This document shows, piece by piece, positions 25,209-38,657 of a DNA stretch of 64,000 nt. The stretch's first letter is position 1, and each line of letters opens with the position of its first letter. Source of the stretch: Felis catus (taxonomy: Eukaryota); the NCBI RefSeq assembly GCF_018350175.1, contig NC_058368.1, positions 102,302,001 through 102,366,000 on the forward strand, read 5' to 3'. The notes under the pieces are model-generated. The model searched no databases. It had not been told where the DNA came from and saw only the letters and a program-made list of their open reading frames with translations. Position numbers and translations under genes: made by a program.

Positions 25209-25396
25209 CTGCATTTTTCTCTAATGCCTCTCATCTCCCTCGTGAGACCTTACACATGGCCAGCAGGAACAAAACCTCAAGTTTAGTCTCATCGGATAAA
25301 GGCAGAGGATCTGATGTAGACATTTACAGATTCTCTTCGGATAATGCCATCGTTAATATAGGTTCAGGTAATTTTGTGATCTTGATCCGCACGCGT
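25209..25396 (-). pseudogene. Pseudo-exon M
   Basis: gcccacAG| acceptor, CAG|GTAGGT donor; 188 nt, phase 2->1; RVRIKITKLPEPILTMALSEENL*MSTSDPLPLSDETKLEVLFLLAMCKVSRGR*EALEKNA. Confidence 0.65.
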
Positions 25397-25432
25397 CTGT
25401 GGGCATATAGGTGTCTCCCTCCCGTCTCTCTC

Positions 25433-25470
<38 letters not shown>

Positions 25471-25631
25471 ATAATAACATAAAGAAAGAGAAACGGAGGT
25501 AGGACTACAAAGATTGGAAGTGATTTTTTTCTGGGAAATGGGTTTCTAGAAATGCTGGGTTTTTTTTTTTCTTTGAATTCTATGAGGAGTGCTGATTCAT
25601 ATCTTCTAAATTTAGCACAATAAACCTATTT

Positions 25632-25854
25632 TTTAAAATTTTTTTTACCAGTTATTTATTTTTGAGAGAGAGAGCGAGAAAGAACGCACAAAGCAGGGGA
25701 GGGGCAGAGAGAGATGGAAAAACAGAATCCGAAGCAGACTCCAGACTCTGAGCTGTCAGCACAGAGCCCGACACGGGCCTCAAACCCACGAACAGTGAGA
25801 TCACGACCTGAGCCAAAGTGGGACGTTTCACCAACTAAGCCACCCAGGTGCCCC
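25632..25854 (-). mobile_element. CAN-SINE
   Basis: Consensus-like body. Confidence 0.92.
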
Positions 25855-27304
25855 TCGCAGGGGGTGTCCCTCTTTATAATTCTCGACAGCCATCCAACCT
25901 CTTGCCTAATACATTCTATAAAGCACCAAGGACAGAAGGTCACCTCCTCTGGTTTGTCTGGATCCCTGACCTCCAACTGACCACAAGTGACCAAATGAAA
26001 ACAAAGATTCCAAACTCACACTGGCTCCTCTCATCCACATGTGACAATGACAGGTATCTCCATTTCTCACGGAGATTATGGAGATTACGGTCCTCCAAAT
26101 GATCAAACTCTGTCTAGGTGCTATCTCCCCCTAGGCACTACATGACCGTTCATGTTCTAGAAATTCTCTTTACTCAAAGAACTACCTGGGGAGAGATGAT
26201 TGCATTTTGACCATTCTCAAAAGATTCCCCTCGACACAACGGGCCCAAATGCTAATAGTCCTAAACATCCACACTTAATACCATTTCAGAGCTCAAGAGT
26301 AAAAGCAATCAAGACCCTGTTTCGCCATCTGCCATATCACAGTCTAGCGCTTTCCCAGTATCTCACCCTTTCCAGGCTGCAGCCTTAAAAGGGGACCAAC
26401 CAAGAGACTGAAAGGGCCGCATGGCTGACATCTACAACTACACATTTCTGGCATAATCATGACTGTCATTGTCTGTGTACAGATTTCACCCCAAAAGGAC
26501 AGATGAGGCAGAACATGCAGGAAAAAAATCTGATTTTTTTATGTGATGATCTTACTTTCATTTTTTTCTGTCACCAGCACCACAGTCCAATAGGCTGCAG
26601 AAAATACGGGTCTGCGATGAAATTCGAGCCAAGCGCTATCAATCCCTGAACATACAAACACTTTGAAAGATAACATGCAACACCTCATTCCACATAATTA
26701 AAGCTTATTGGAGCCTGCCTTGAGTCTAGCAGTGGAGAATCCAACGCTCTTATCTGACAGGTTAATGAGGATGTGAAATGAATAGTATTCCTAATGAGGG
26801 TCTTTAGAAATTAATCATATCATATTATTATTAACAACTGCAAAAGCTAAACTTCCAGAGATTAGATTACACAGGATAATTTTTAAATGTGAGCAAGCCA
26901 ATATTAAAGTGACAGAAGGCTATTTCCAAGTGGGAATAATAAGGCATAAAGCATCGAATAAAAAATAAGAATGGGTGAAGCAATTAAGATGTTCCTTCAT
27001 CTAAATGTCTCTGCGCGTTTGAAAATGTAATATTTCATTTAATAAGACTTTGGGCTCTTGTTTTTGTCTTTTACCTTACGGATGATAAGAAAAAAGAAAA
27101 AATGAAAGAGGAGAGAATGTTGTGATGTTATGAAAAGTAAAGAACAAAACACAACGATTCTATTTACTCAGGAAACTTTCCTCCAACACAGAGCATCACA
27201 TATCTCTCCCATTTCTTCGGTCGGCTCCTTTTTCCAGGGCTCTCAAGACTGAGAATGCCATTCGAGAACAAGGGTTGGCAAGTTTTCAAAGGCAAAACAC
27301 TTAC

Positions 27305-27368
27305 ACAGCCAGCACCCCGTCCGAGTGCGTGATCAAGGACCAGCCACCAAGCCCATACCACCAAGCTC
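27305..27368 (-). pseudogene. Pseudo-exon L
   Basis: gtgtAG| acceptor, TGT|GTAAGT donor; 64 nt, phase 1->2, open: GAWWYGLGGWSLITHSDGVLA(V); phase matches exon M. Confidence 0.6.
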
Positions 27369-28637
27369 CTACACGGTTTTGAGAGAGGCTCCTCTTTCCT
27401 GGGAACAAGGAGGCAGATTTTAGTAAACCTGTGTCACCATTCATTTGGGATCGGTGCATGAGCACCTAGTGTATATGTGAACCATTGGTGATGGGAACAT
27501 TAACCAAGACAAAAAAATGAGTTTCGAAGAAGCGAACGAAGGCGACGAGCAATGGGAGACATGATTTACATGGAGGCCGTGTCTCCACACCATCCTAAGA
27601 TCACTGTGAAGCTATTTAAGGATTGCGGGGAGGAGGTTATGTGTAACACGACCAAGCGTGCATTTTGAAAATGACCCTGCCTGGGTGGCGTGAACAGCGT
27701 GAGCAGCCTGGGAAGGACCAAGTGTAGGTACAGAACATTTCAAAGGCTCTAGAGCAGTTCAGAAGAAGGGCCTGGTGCTCAGTATCTTGAACTACAGGAG
27801 AAAAGGTAAGACTGGAAGAAAAAGTCACTAAATTCAAGAGATCTTGAGAAGGTAAGTAATATAGGACAAGGTGATGATTTGAAGATGCAAGAATGAGGTC
27901 TTTCATCCAGCCGCTCTCTGAAAGAATTTCCGGGGCAGCCTTGCGAGGTTAAGATTATTGTCTTTGTAAGTAGAAAAGCCAAGGCTCACGAAGGCGGGAA
28001 GTTAGTAAAGGACAGGTATCTGACCCCAGTCTGTCTGAGCTGGAAGCCTCTATATCTTTCCATGGAACATGCTTCATGTGAAGCAGAACATGACCTTCAC
28101 CAATGTCATCCACACATGTGGGAACATTCTCTTGCTGTCAGTCCTTCTTATGTCTCTGTTTCTGCTTTTGCTCACAGAACACACCCTTATTATTATATTC
28201 CTACTCCATCAGGCAACATAAGCCCTATGACATCCAGGTTCCCATACCACTGCTTAAAAAAAAAAAAAAAAAAAAGACCCCTCCCTTGGCTTTATAAAGG
28301 GTAACTGGGATTCTTTTCCCCCCTGTGTTTTATAGACTTAGCTTATTCTCCTTCCTCCCACATTAGCTAGACACAATTTCTTGTGGAGTCTCCAACCATT
28401 GGTTTGCTTTTTAGACCCACGTGAAATCAAATGTCTCCCTCACTCCCATGCCTTAGCCTTTTCCGGTTTTCTCCCCTCTTCTACTAATAACCGGGTCGAC
28501 CGCCTGTTTCAGTCCTTCGGCATATTTCAAGCCATGCACAAAATCAGGACAGCCAGTTAACGATGTGGTTTTTTTTCCCCACGCATTCCACTTCTCTTCC
28601 TTATATTAGGACCTGTTTCTACGTCCCAGAGATTTAC

Positions 28638-28741
28638 TGATTTCATCCCTCGATCAGCAACGTGGCACGGAATGTTTTTATGTCTCTTTTAGGTTTATGA
28701 CCCAGCCAAACTTCTTCGAGGAGTGAAGTGATGATTTTTTT
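28638..28741 (-). pseudogene. Pseudo-exon K
   Basis: ctcccttccttccAG| acceptor, weak donor TCA|GTAAAT; KKIITSLLEEVWLGHKPKRDIKTFRATLLIEG*. Confidence 0.55.
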
Positions 28742-28996
28742 CTGGAAGGAAGGGAGCACGTTTCCAAATGTTACAGAGAGTGTGGCAGCTCTTCTCATGT
28801 CACCAAATACAGCCAAACGACCTCTCGGATGACCACCCGTCTTTCTGTGCCAAGCTGACACCGTAAACGTGCTAGGGTCAGTGAGGGCTGGCATGGAAGG
28901 ACCTTCAGGGATGGAATGAACTATGGCTCGGCCTCTGAGAGTCTGCCCACTTCGTCCATCAGCATGTCTTTTCGACCTCACCATATTTTCCACGTG

Positions 28997-29222
28997 TTTT
29001 TTTTTTTAATTTTTTTTTAAACGTTTATTTACTTTTGAGACCGAGAGAGACAGAGCACGAACGAGGAAGGGGCAGAGAGAGAGGGAGACACAGAATCGGA
29101 AACAGGCTCCAGGCTCTGAGCCATCAGCCCAGAGCCCGACGCGGGGCTCGAACTCACGGACCGTGAGATCGTGACCTGAGCTGAAGTCGGACACTTAACC
29201 GACTGAGCCACCCAGGCGCCCC
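28997..29222 (-). mobile_element. CAN-SINE (SINEC_Fc-type)
   Basis: TSD attttccacgt. Confidence 0.95.
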
Positions 29223-30614
29223 AATTTTCCACGTTTTTAAGAAGACGCAGATTCAAAGCTAACAGACTAGTTTTCTCATCTTCCCATTGCATAACTACCC
29301 TGGGAGTTCTTAACTGGTAAAACGAAGCGTCTCATGTCATCATGTCGCCTGTTTACCCAGGAGACAATCAGCAACTACCCCACTGACAGTCACAGGGAGA
29401 ACTTCTCCCCTGGTAGCCCTTTTGCATTTACATTCTAGATTAGGTCTTCTCAAACTTTAGTATACACTTCAATCCCCTGGGGATCTTGTTAAAACACAAC
29501 CCGACTCAGTAAGCCTAAGGTGAAGGTCAAGAGCCAGCACTTCTAACAGGTTCTCAGGGGACACTGCTATCACCGGTCTAGGGACCAGAGTTGGAACGGC
29601 GGAGCACACGGAGCGTATTCTGACTCTCACCCAAAAAGGTAACGATAACACGTCTTATGGGACGTACGGGAATACCGCACGGGGTTGACTACTTAGTGCC
29701 ACACCAGTCATCAGCTGCGTGACCTTGCGTGAGCTTTGCAATCTCTCTCCCCCAATTTTTTCATCTATCATCTCAAGATACAAATACGACCGACTTGATG
29801 AGGATTAAATGTGTAAAACATACGGAGTGTGTATCATCGTGCTAGGCACATAATAAATGCTCAACAAATACACTGGTTGCGAGCACCATCGCTCTCTACA
29901 TTTATTAAGGTCAGAGGTTGTGTTTTATATCTCATTGAATCCTCAGAACTTGCCATGTAACATCTCTTTACAATGATAATGGGTGTTAGAGGGGTCGATG
30001 TTAACTTTGTTGGGCAATTTTTGAATTTCTCTTAATCTGAGCAGTATTCTTCTATAGAGTCTTTCAATAGGTGATACCCTATTTATGAGAACCCTCTCTT
30101 CCTATCTCGCCCACCTAAAAAGGTGTGAAATATTGGGATGAGAGCGTATTACTATATGTAAAAATATAAACCATGAATTTCTTTATATTATTTAAAAAAT
30201 ACATTTATAGCTTAAGTTCGCCTCTGTTAATGGTGAACAATGGTAGGTGTTAAGTAAACAGAGTGTGGATGAATCGGGGGCAGAGACAGCCCTGGAGGAA
30301 ATTTATGTGTAATACCAAGTAACAAATAGCTGTGGAGACAGAGCCCAGAGTTATAGACAAGATGAGTGGGCTGGTCCCTGGGTAAGGCAGAAGGTCTTCA
30401 CCCTGGTCAGTGTCCAACAGATGAAAGAGACAGTCCAGTCCCCAGGTCATCATTTCATTCTTGACAGCCGTAACCAAATGAACAGATTCAAGTTCTCCCC
30501 CACCCCACCTTCACTGACCACTTCAGCCCTCAGAGAACCAGCCACTTATCAGCTTATAAGCCCTACTTCACTCATCTATGACTACCTAACAAACCACCTC
30601 CAAACTCAGTGGCT

Positions 30615-30860
30615 TTATTTTCTTTTAATTTTTTTGTAACGTTGATCTATTTTGAGGGAGACAGAGAACAGGTGGGGGAGGGGCAGAGAGCGAGAGAGAG
30701 AGAGAGAGACAGAGACGGAGACACAGAATCGGAAACAGGCTCCATCCAGGCTCTGAGCTGTCAGCACAGAGCCCGGCGTGGGGCTCGAACTCACAGACCG
30801 CGAGATCATGACCTGAGCCAAAGTCGGACACTTAACCAGCTGAGCCACCCAGGCGTCCCC
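30615..30860 (-). mobile_element. CAN-SINE inserted in an MLT1-like LTR (about 30580-31300)
   Basis: TSD ccaaactcagtggct; flanking MLT1 motifs. Confidence 0.9.
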
Positions 30861-31536
30861 AAACTCAGTGGCTGTGAGCCAGGGTTCGTTACTGTGTCTT
30901 GTGGTTCTTGAACTGACTGAGCTCTGCCAAGCAATTTCCCACTTGGGCTCCCTCATGCAGCTACGGAGCTGGAGTCATCTAAAGCCTATATTGGCCAGCC
31001 ACCGCGTCCCTCACATAGCTGGTGCCTCACATGGCTGGAACAACAAGGGGGTGCTCAGGCACCTCTCTCTCCCTGCTGCTTCTCCACATGTCTGGGTTGG
31101 ACTTCCTCACAAGGTATGGTCTCAAGGTAGTCTGACTTCTCACACGGCTGCTGGGTTCCCCTAGAGTAACCATTCCGGAAGACCCAGGCATAACGTCTAA
31201 GATTTCTTCACGTACTTACTTGGAAGGTCAGGCAGTGGCACTTACACCTCCTTCCATCAGCCAGCTCAGAGTCAAAGGATGTGAACTACACAATTCTAGG
31301 AGGTTATGCTTCATCAGGGAGGGAGCTATCCTGGGAGAGTAGCTACCATAAGCCCAAAAGCTTCTCAGGTTAAGTCTCGGCCACATGTGTAGGGAAGACT
31401 TACCATCTTTCACCAACACTGTCTCCTGCCAAGATTAGATGGGAAAACAACGAATCAAACAACACATTCCGCGAATGCCTCTGCATGGGTTCAGCCTTCA
31501 AAATCTTTGGACAAAACCGTCAGTTAAGAAGGAAGA

Positions 31537-31699
31537 GGGGTGCCTGGGTGGCTCAGATGGTTATGCACCCAACTCTTGAGTTTGGCTCAGGTCATGTTCT
31601 CACAAGGCCATGAGATCGAGCCCCATGGTGGGCTGTGCGCCGAGTATGGAACTTGCTTGGGATTCTCTCTCTCCCCCTCTCCCTGGCACCTCTCCAACT

Positions 31700-31735
<36 letters not shown>

Positions 31736-31780
31736 ACACGGTTTCTCTCTCTCGAAATGAATAAACAAACTTAAGAAAAA
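31537..31780 (+). mobile_element. CAN-SINE with internal (CA)n
   Basis: SINE head and tail. Confidence 0.88.
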
Positions 31781-33138
31781 GTAAAAAAGCTTCATTACAC
31801 TATGTATAGAAGAAGTCCCATAGAAAAGGGGAAAACAGGGCTGTTTCTCCCTTTATCTTCCAGACTCGTCTGTTATTTCCCAGAGAAACAAACCAAGAGC
31901 CACAGGTTTTTAAGAGCATGCACGCCCAAGGGCTCCCAGTTACAGCCTGGATTGGATTTGGACTCGGAATCATATTGCCAAGCCAGAATTTGCTTTCTCA
32001 GCAATGAGTTTGCATCCCTTATCTTTCCCTCCCATTCATAAGTAGGATAATTAAAATTGACTGAGCATCCACCGGACATAAAGTAATATATGCAGTGCTC
32101 CTTCCAAAAATCTCTTATCTTCTTTTTGCCACAAAGCAGAAACTAGAAATACAGAGCTGTCTCCACTGGTATTTCTTTATAGACCCCAAGCAAGTGTCAA
32201 AAGGTAGTTAGGAAGGTCACAAATGTGTTTAGTATCGACTGCTCGTATGTTTCTTCTGTCTCCTGTACACATGGCCCTGGTGTATCCTTTCTGCATACAG
32301 TGACAGAATATTTCTGAGAATGGTCTAGAACTCACAAAGTGTGCATCTATTCTTCACGTCACCTGCTTCTGTCCAGTCGCATCTCATCCTTCGAGAAGCT
32401 GTCCCTTTTGGACGTAGTGGAACTGTCCTTGCCTTCTGTTCTGGCATATGACCCAGACAAATCAAAGAGAGTATTCTATCCCCCAGCCATCAACAGCTAC
32501 CTTCGGAATCAGTCTGAGAGCATGAGGTTCCTTTTCCAGAATCTACAGGGAACCTGAGGGAACAAAGCTTTCTCTCTCTAGGCAGTGAGTGCAAGCTAGA
32601 AGCTTGCAGGGACATCTCTGACGCATGTACAAGCAACCAGCCAAAGGAAGAAGCCAGCACAGGGTAAAGAGGGGAGTTGAGACCTGGATAGAAAGACGTA
32701 GAGTTCTGTGACATCATCTGAACCTCTGGATCTAGCCATGACTAAGCCACTATAACCCGGGACTCTAATTCCATGACCCAATAAATTCTCCTTCCACCCC
32801 CCATATTTAGTTATTTTAGGTTGGATTTCTGTCATTAGCAGCTACGAAGTCCTGACGAACAGACAATGGCTCTAGGTCAAGCCAAATCAAAGCATTCTAC
32901 TTACAGAACAGTGCAACCAGCAAAGCCCTACGAGAATCCATCATTTGGGCAGTACCAAAGGGATGCATTTGCCAAAACGCTTATGGTCAACAGAGTTAAT
33001 GGAGCGTGGCAGCTACCCTGGGCGTTAAGTGGTGAGGCATTTGGGGAGTCTCTTTTTTCTTCCTCTTCACCTGCTTTATCAATGAGAATCCTGGGACCCA
33101 GGACCCGTCCCATACGGTTTCAACAAATATATATAGTT

Positions 33139-33350
33139 TCTTTACGTTTATTTCTTTACTTTGAGAAAGAGAGAGAAATAGCACGAGTGGGGGAGGGGTA
33201 GAGAGAGAAGGAGAGCTTGAGAATCCCAAGCAGGGTCTGCACCGTCAGTGCAGAGCCAAAGGAGGAGCTCGAACCCATGAACCGTGAGATCATGACCCGA
33301 GCCAAAATCAAGAGTCAGATGCTTAACCGACTGAGCCACCTGGGCACCCC
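33139..33350 (-). mobile_element. CAN-SINE
   Basis: TSD caacaaatatat. Confidence 0.9.
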
Positions 33351-33487
33351 TCAACAAATATATGTTAATGATGGGCTTAGTGACAGAGGAGTGAGGAGGA
33401 TGAACAAGGGACGGGGCACCCAGAGACGAGTTAACAATCGGGAAGGCTTTACCACCCCTGTGTTACCAGTGCCCAGGGACCTAAAGT

Positions 33488-33609
33488 CCCAGAGGAGGCC
33501 ACTCACGGGGGCTGTGACCCAGAGGAGGCCACTCACGGGGGCTGTGACCCAGAGGAGGCCACTCACGGGGGCTGTGACCCAGAGGAGGCCACTCACGGGG
33601 GCTGTGACC
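33488..33609 (+). repeat. Minisatellite, 4 perfect 30-bp units (cccagaggaggccactcacgggggctgtga)
   Basis: Direct reading; lies in an ERVL LTR16/LTR33-like relic (ctcctgccagtgcctctcattggccaaac) spanning about 33360-33830. Confidence 0.95.
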
Positions 33610-34038
33610 ACAGAGGGATTCAGCGTCATGGCAGAAAGGGAGCAAGGCAGATCCAGCCCAATGCCTCTCTCCTTCTGCCCTCTGATCTCCTGCCAGTGCC
33701 TCTCATTGGCCAAACTCAATTGAAAGCCAGTGGCTCAGAGCCCAGTGATGCAGACACAAAACAGGCAGCTCCCTTGGGCAGAGAACAGCACAAAGAAAAG
33801 GACCCGAAAGAGGACAAAAGAGAATAACTAGGAAACCTCCCCACCCTTATTGTGATTATCTTACAGGATGCCCTTAAGAAATCGTTAGGAAAAGAGGTGA
33901 AAGTACTTTGTGACCCTCTCTGCTTCCATCTGACCACGTTCATTTTCCAGAATCTCCTTCCTAGCTTTGTTCACATGAGTCTGCAGCATCTCTTTTGAGA
34001 CCATTTTAAAATGTAAAGTCTATCATTCTCTCTCTTAC

Positions 34039-34100
34039 CATTAGCACACAAACCTTTGTGCTCCGTATTTTCTCACTTGTTCCCTAGATCGCCTCATATA
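34039..34100 (-). pseudogene. Pseudo-exon I
   Basis: Very strong acceptor tccttcccttttttccttctgtattttTAG|, donor ATG|GTAAGA; 62 nt; phase-1 reading VYEAI*GTSEKIRSTKVCVLM. Confidence 0.55.
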
Positions 34101-35755
34101 CTAAAAATACAGAAGGAAAAAAGGGAAGGATCGTGGTAGCTCTGAAGGCAAGGGTAAGGATGACAAAGGACTGGAAATGTTTGATGTTCCTCACGCTCTT
34201 TGAAGAACAAATGCACCCAAGTGCATGGTCTTTAACAAGATAAATGCACACGCCAGGATGTTTGGCTTTGTTTTCGTGCGTTCTCAACATAAATCTTCAG
34301 GCAGACATTTCTCCCTAACACGTACAGTATACAGGAAATTGTTTTTTGGCTATAAAAATGTATTAACAGCTCCAAAGGAGCAATTACACCATGTATTGTA
34401 AATGCACATTAAGACTCATACACCACACTTATCTAAACCTCAGTGAATTCAAGGCTGTGGTCTCCGAAGTCCAAAAGTGACTCAGATGAGCTCAAGAAAT
34501 AAGACCCCTGGGGGAGAGGGCTTTCCTCCGCTGTGTCAGTTACAACGATACAGGTATAAAGCAAGCACCTGATCTCATTTTGTGGCTTTTTAAAGCCTCA
34601 GCACCTAGAATGAGGCTGTAGGCACGAAGGAGTATTTAGGGCCAGCACATTCCCATGGTGAATTTCTGCAGCCCTCGGACGCAGGTTAGCCTCGCGCGTT
34701 TGGAAATCATTGTGTCTCATGCAGACAGCAAGTCAATTACCGAGGCTATATGCCTGGTTTTAGAGTAGACTTTATTTATTACCCTTGTTACGGCCGGGCT
34801 ATGGAGGACCCTAACCATAATGTGTGAAATCAGATTCTTCTACTGTTGCATTACAAATCTCATTGGATACAGTGAATTTGCTTTATTTGGGCCCATTCTG
34901 GATTAACGGGAAGGGAAATATGGATTTTTTTTTCATCCATCTAAACAATGAAGACTTGTTAGAGACTGGTTTCTGATGTTTATGGATTTCTCTTTAGTGC
35001 ATACAGCCTATGGAAAATTGTTTTTAAGCCATAAACAATAATTGTATTTGGGGACACAGAGGTACTGGTGCCATATTGCATTCAGCTTGCTGATAAATTT
35101 CTGTCGCCCGTTTTTTTTTTTTTCTTATGCAGACATAAAAATACCAAGACAAACAATAAATTTTCCTCCCTCCACTGCAACCTTTTCCGCTTCCACTTTA
35201 TTCTCCACTACATTCCTCGATTGATATTACCTTTTTAAATTGCTACATATAAATATTCTGCAATGAATGTCTGTAATTAGGAGGTCTGCTCCCCTTCAAG
35301 GACTTGTTAGAAAGAGAAAGGGCTTTAATCTAAAGCAAACTAACCGAGCTAGAAGTTAATTAGAAATTAACCATATATCCTGGCTGAATTATTTATGCTA
35401 AGCCATGCGTTACTGTAAAAATAATATACATTTACACCGACTATTGTAAACATAAAATAATTAACAATAAAAGGGAAGATATTATCCCTTAATAGAATCC
35501 TTTTGCAAAGACCAGTTTAATTTTCTCTCGCGTAACACTGAACGATAACCTGGGGTCTCTGCTTTATATATAAAGCACAAAGGTTCTTTTACAACCTCCC
35601 TCCAGCTCATTCTTCTCTTCTCCTCTCTCTCCTTTTCCCTCTACCCTTTTGGTGTCCAGGCTTTTTACAAAACATTGTTTGAGCTGCTCCAGAAAAAAAG
35701 TCCTGAGATATAGACAGAAAATGCACTGTATTTTCATTCTCTCACTTCCCTTCCC

Positions 35756-35960
35756 ATTTTTTTTTTTTTAACATTTGTTTTTGAGAGACTGAGCACGAGC
35801 GGGGGAGGGGCAGAGAGCGAGGGAGACGCAGAATCTGAATCAGGCTCCAGGCTCTGAGCTGTCAGCACAGAGCCCGACGCGGGGCTCGAACTCATGGACC
35901 GCGAGATCATGACCTGAGCCGAAGTCGGACGCTTAACCGACTGAGCCACCCAGGCGCCCC
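35756..35960 (-). mobile_element. CAN-SINE
   Basis: TSD ctcacttcccttc. Confidence 0.95.
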
Positions 35961-37954
35961 TCACTTCCCTTCTTATTTTATTAGCAAGGACATAAAGGTT
36001 AAAATGGACCAACCCTGAAATGCACTCTCAGCCTACTTAGGGTCCCTGAATTCCACTCAAATGCTGAAATATATGTTTGGTTCCTGTGGTGAGTACATAT
36101 ATGCAGCAGAATTTTACCCTATCCCTTTTGGGAATAGGGTATTTGTATTCCTATACCTCTGCATGCATGATCAGTATTAAATATAATCTACTGAAGTGGC
36201 TTTGTGTCTAAAACGCAGTTACCTGAGGACTCTCCTTACAAAACATTCATTGAATTTTCTTCCCATTCATGTCTGGCAGCAACAAATAGTGTGCAGCTTT
36301 TACAGGGTTGGCGTAGGTGTTGTTAATGTACTCTTCACATCCATTTAAATGCAAATCTCCATGCAAATAATCACTTGGAGGAAGAAAAAAAAAAGGAGAA
36401 TGTGTTTAGCTGAAGACAAAGCTGGAGGGATAATTGAAAGCATGAATAGGGTGTCAGTGGAGGGCTAAACAATAGAAACCTCCCCCGCACGCAAATGAAA
36501 ACACATTAACGACAGCAGGATTTCTCAATAGGTTCTTATGGTATTGTTGTATGTAAACACGATTCCCAGCAGGTGAAACAAAATGAATGAATTTAGAAGA
36601 AATGTGCGCATGTGTCTAGGAGAAGCAAAAGGTCGGACTGGCTGAACAGAAGAGGCACGTGATCGATCCACGCAATACCAACCGTAGACCCGTATTTGGG
36701 CTTTCTTCAGAAATCCGAAATTTGGAACCAACCAGCTCACTGTCCGAGCGACTTGATTATTAAATAATGCTGTGGGGCTAATGTTTCAACAGAAAAGCAG
36801 GAGATGAGCTGGGACTGAATAAATATCATTATGCTTGAGAACAGCAACTTTGAGGCCGAATTTGGCTCTGGGGAGGGCCGGATTGTGATCCCAGGGAAAT
36901 TTCCAATTTGCGCTATTTGCAAAGAAAACGTTACATCAACAAAGGTTAAGCGCTGGCATTAAAAAAAAGCAGCATGGCCCCGCGTTTCCCAGTTATTTCT
37001 ATTTTAAGTACTTCTCCAAGTTTCCCTTGGACGCAATCAGAGGAGTTGACAAGAAACCAAGGAAGTTGCAAAATAACAAGGCCAGAGGGCTGGTAATAGT
37101 GTATGAAGGGAAAAAATGATCTGCTCCTGTCATGTATTTCCAAATGAATAAACCTATTTGTGACACATGTTGTTACACTGGAAAACAAAAACAAAACAAA
37201 ACACTTTGGTTTCCTTGTGAGTTCCACGGTTTGCAATTGCTCTGTTTGACAGCCCCGATGGAGCAATGGAACTTGGATCGCTTAATTTGGGCACATTCTG
37301 GAAGGGTTTCAATAGACTTCAGGCAGTATTATGTGCTCTTTGACTTGGAGTGATTTCATATTTCTTGGAGAGTACAACTGGCTAGAATTATCGCTTGTGA
37401 ATTCCTTGGCTGTGCACAGCCCAACAATCTCCCTATCGCCACATTGCCAAAAGCGAAAAAGGAGTAAAAGGAAAAAAAAAAAACTCCACAAAAGCTAACT
37501 CTATGAACTTTAATTTTTTCTCCCACAATGGCAATGTTTTATCATTTAGATGATGATTCTTGCTGACACTGCTTCCCTTGTCCTTTTCATCCATTCATTC
37601 TTCATTCACTCATTCAGACATTCTTGTTCTTTGAGGCAGCATTAAGAATCGTGAGACTATTCCCTAATGCTCCGCTCACTCACCCTGGACTTCCTGTATC
37701 TGCATTCTTTGGGCCCGTCAATTTCAAACTCTTAAAGTATAATCAGGGGAGGATGAATTCTAAAAAGACTTGGCTCTATGCAAGAATATCAGGTAGTATT
37801 ACAAAGGGAAAAACATGGTGCAATTATTTTTTCTGAATGTATAGAAATAGTTAAGGTTACCAAAAGGAGAGAAATGGAAACAACCAGACTTTGAATAGAT
37901 TCCTAGTCTTCTAGGTGTTAAATTGCTCACTGTAATAAATAATACATGGCTGAT

Positions 37955-37964
37955 ATGTATACAC

Positions 37965-38014
<50 letters not shown>

Positions 38015-38195
38015 ATAGAGATACTTAAATTATTGTATGTAAGCTATTAAATATATTTTAAATTATTTATTACAATAATTATTCAAATATTGTTGATATG
38101 ATTAAATATAATTGCTATTAGATATATAATTGTTTATATTTACAAATATGTATATATGTAATTGTTTATATTTACATATAAATATATGTAATTAT
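37955..38195. repeat. (CA)n/(TA)n and AT-rich low-complexity tract
   Basis: Direct reading. Confidence 0.85.
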
Positions 38196-38440
38196 ATGGC
38201 ATCTTTTCCATAAAGAATAGGCCAGGATGAAGGCCTCTTATCAGAAGACACTAGATAATACCACAGCAAAAAAGGCCAAAATTCCCAGCAATACAATCCA
38301 ACAAAGATTTATTCCTGCTCACAAAATATTCCACTGTGGGTCTGGGAGAGTTTCCGGGGCAAACAACCGACATGCAGTAACTCGGTCATCCAGGCTCATA
38401 AGTTCACTTCCGGCTGCATCATCTGAAGCCGCCGGCTTCT

Positions 38441-38657
38441 GGGGCGCCTGGGTGGCGCAGTCGGTTAAGCGTCCGACTTCAGCCAGGTCATGATCTCGCG
38501 GTCCGTGAGTTCGAGCCCCGCGTCAGGCTCTGGGCTGATGGCTCAGAGCCTGGAGCCTGTTTCCGATTCTGTGTCTCCCTCTCTCTCTGCCCCTCCCCCG
38601 TTCATGCTCTGTCTCTCTCTGTCCCAAAAATAAATAAACGTTGAAAAAAAAAAAAAT
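38441..38657 (+). mobile_element. Young CAN-SINE (SINEC_Fc-type)
   Basis: TSD tgaagccgccggcttct. Confidence 0.95.

Noticed and set aside
33217..33723. 168-aa ORF with QRRPLTGAVT repeats; possible CRISPR-like array
   Set aside because: ORF is SINE + minisatellite + LTR; repeats are head-to-tail with no spacers; the DNA is mammalian.
37309..37491. Strong minus-strand pyrimidine tract plus short ORF as another exon
   Set aside because: No clear AG position or downstream donor; lies in a CNE-like block.
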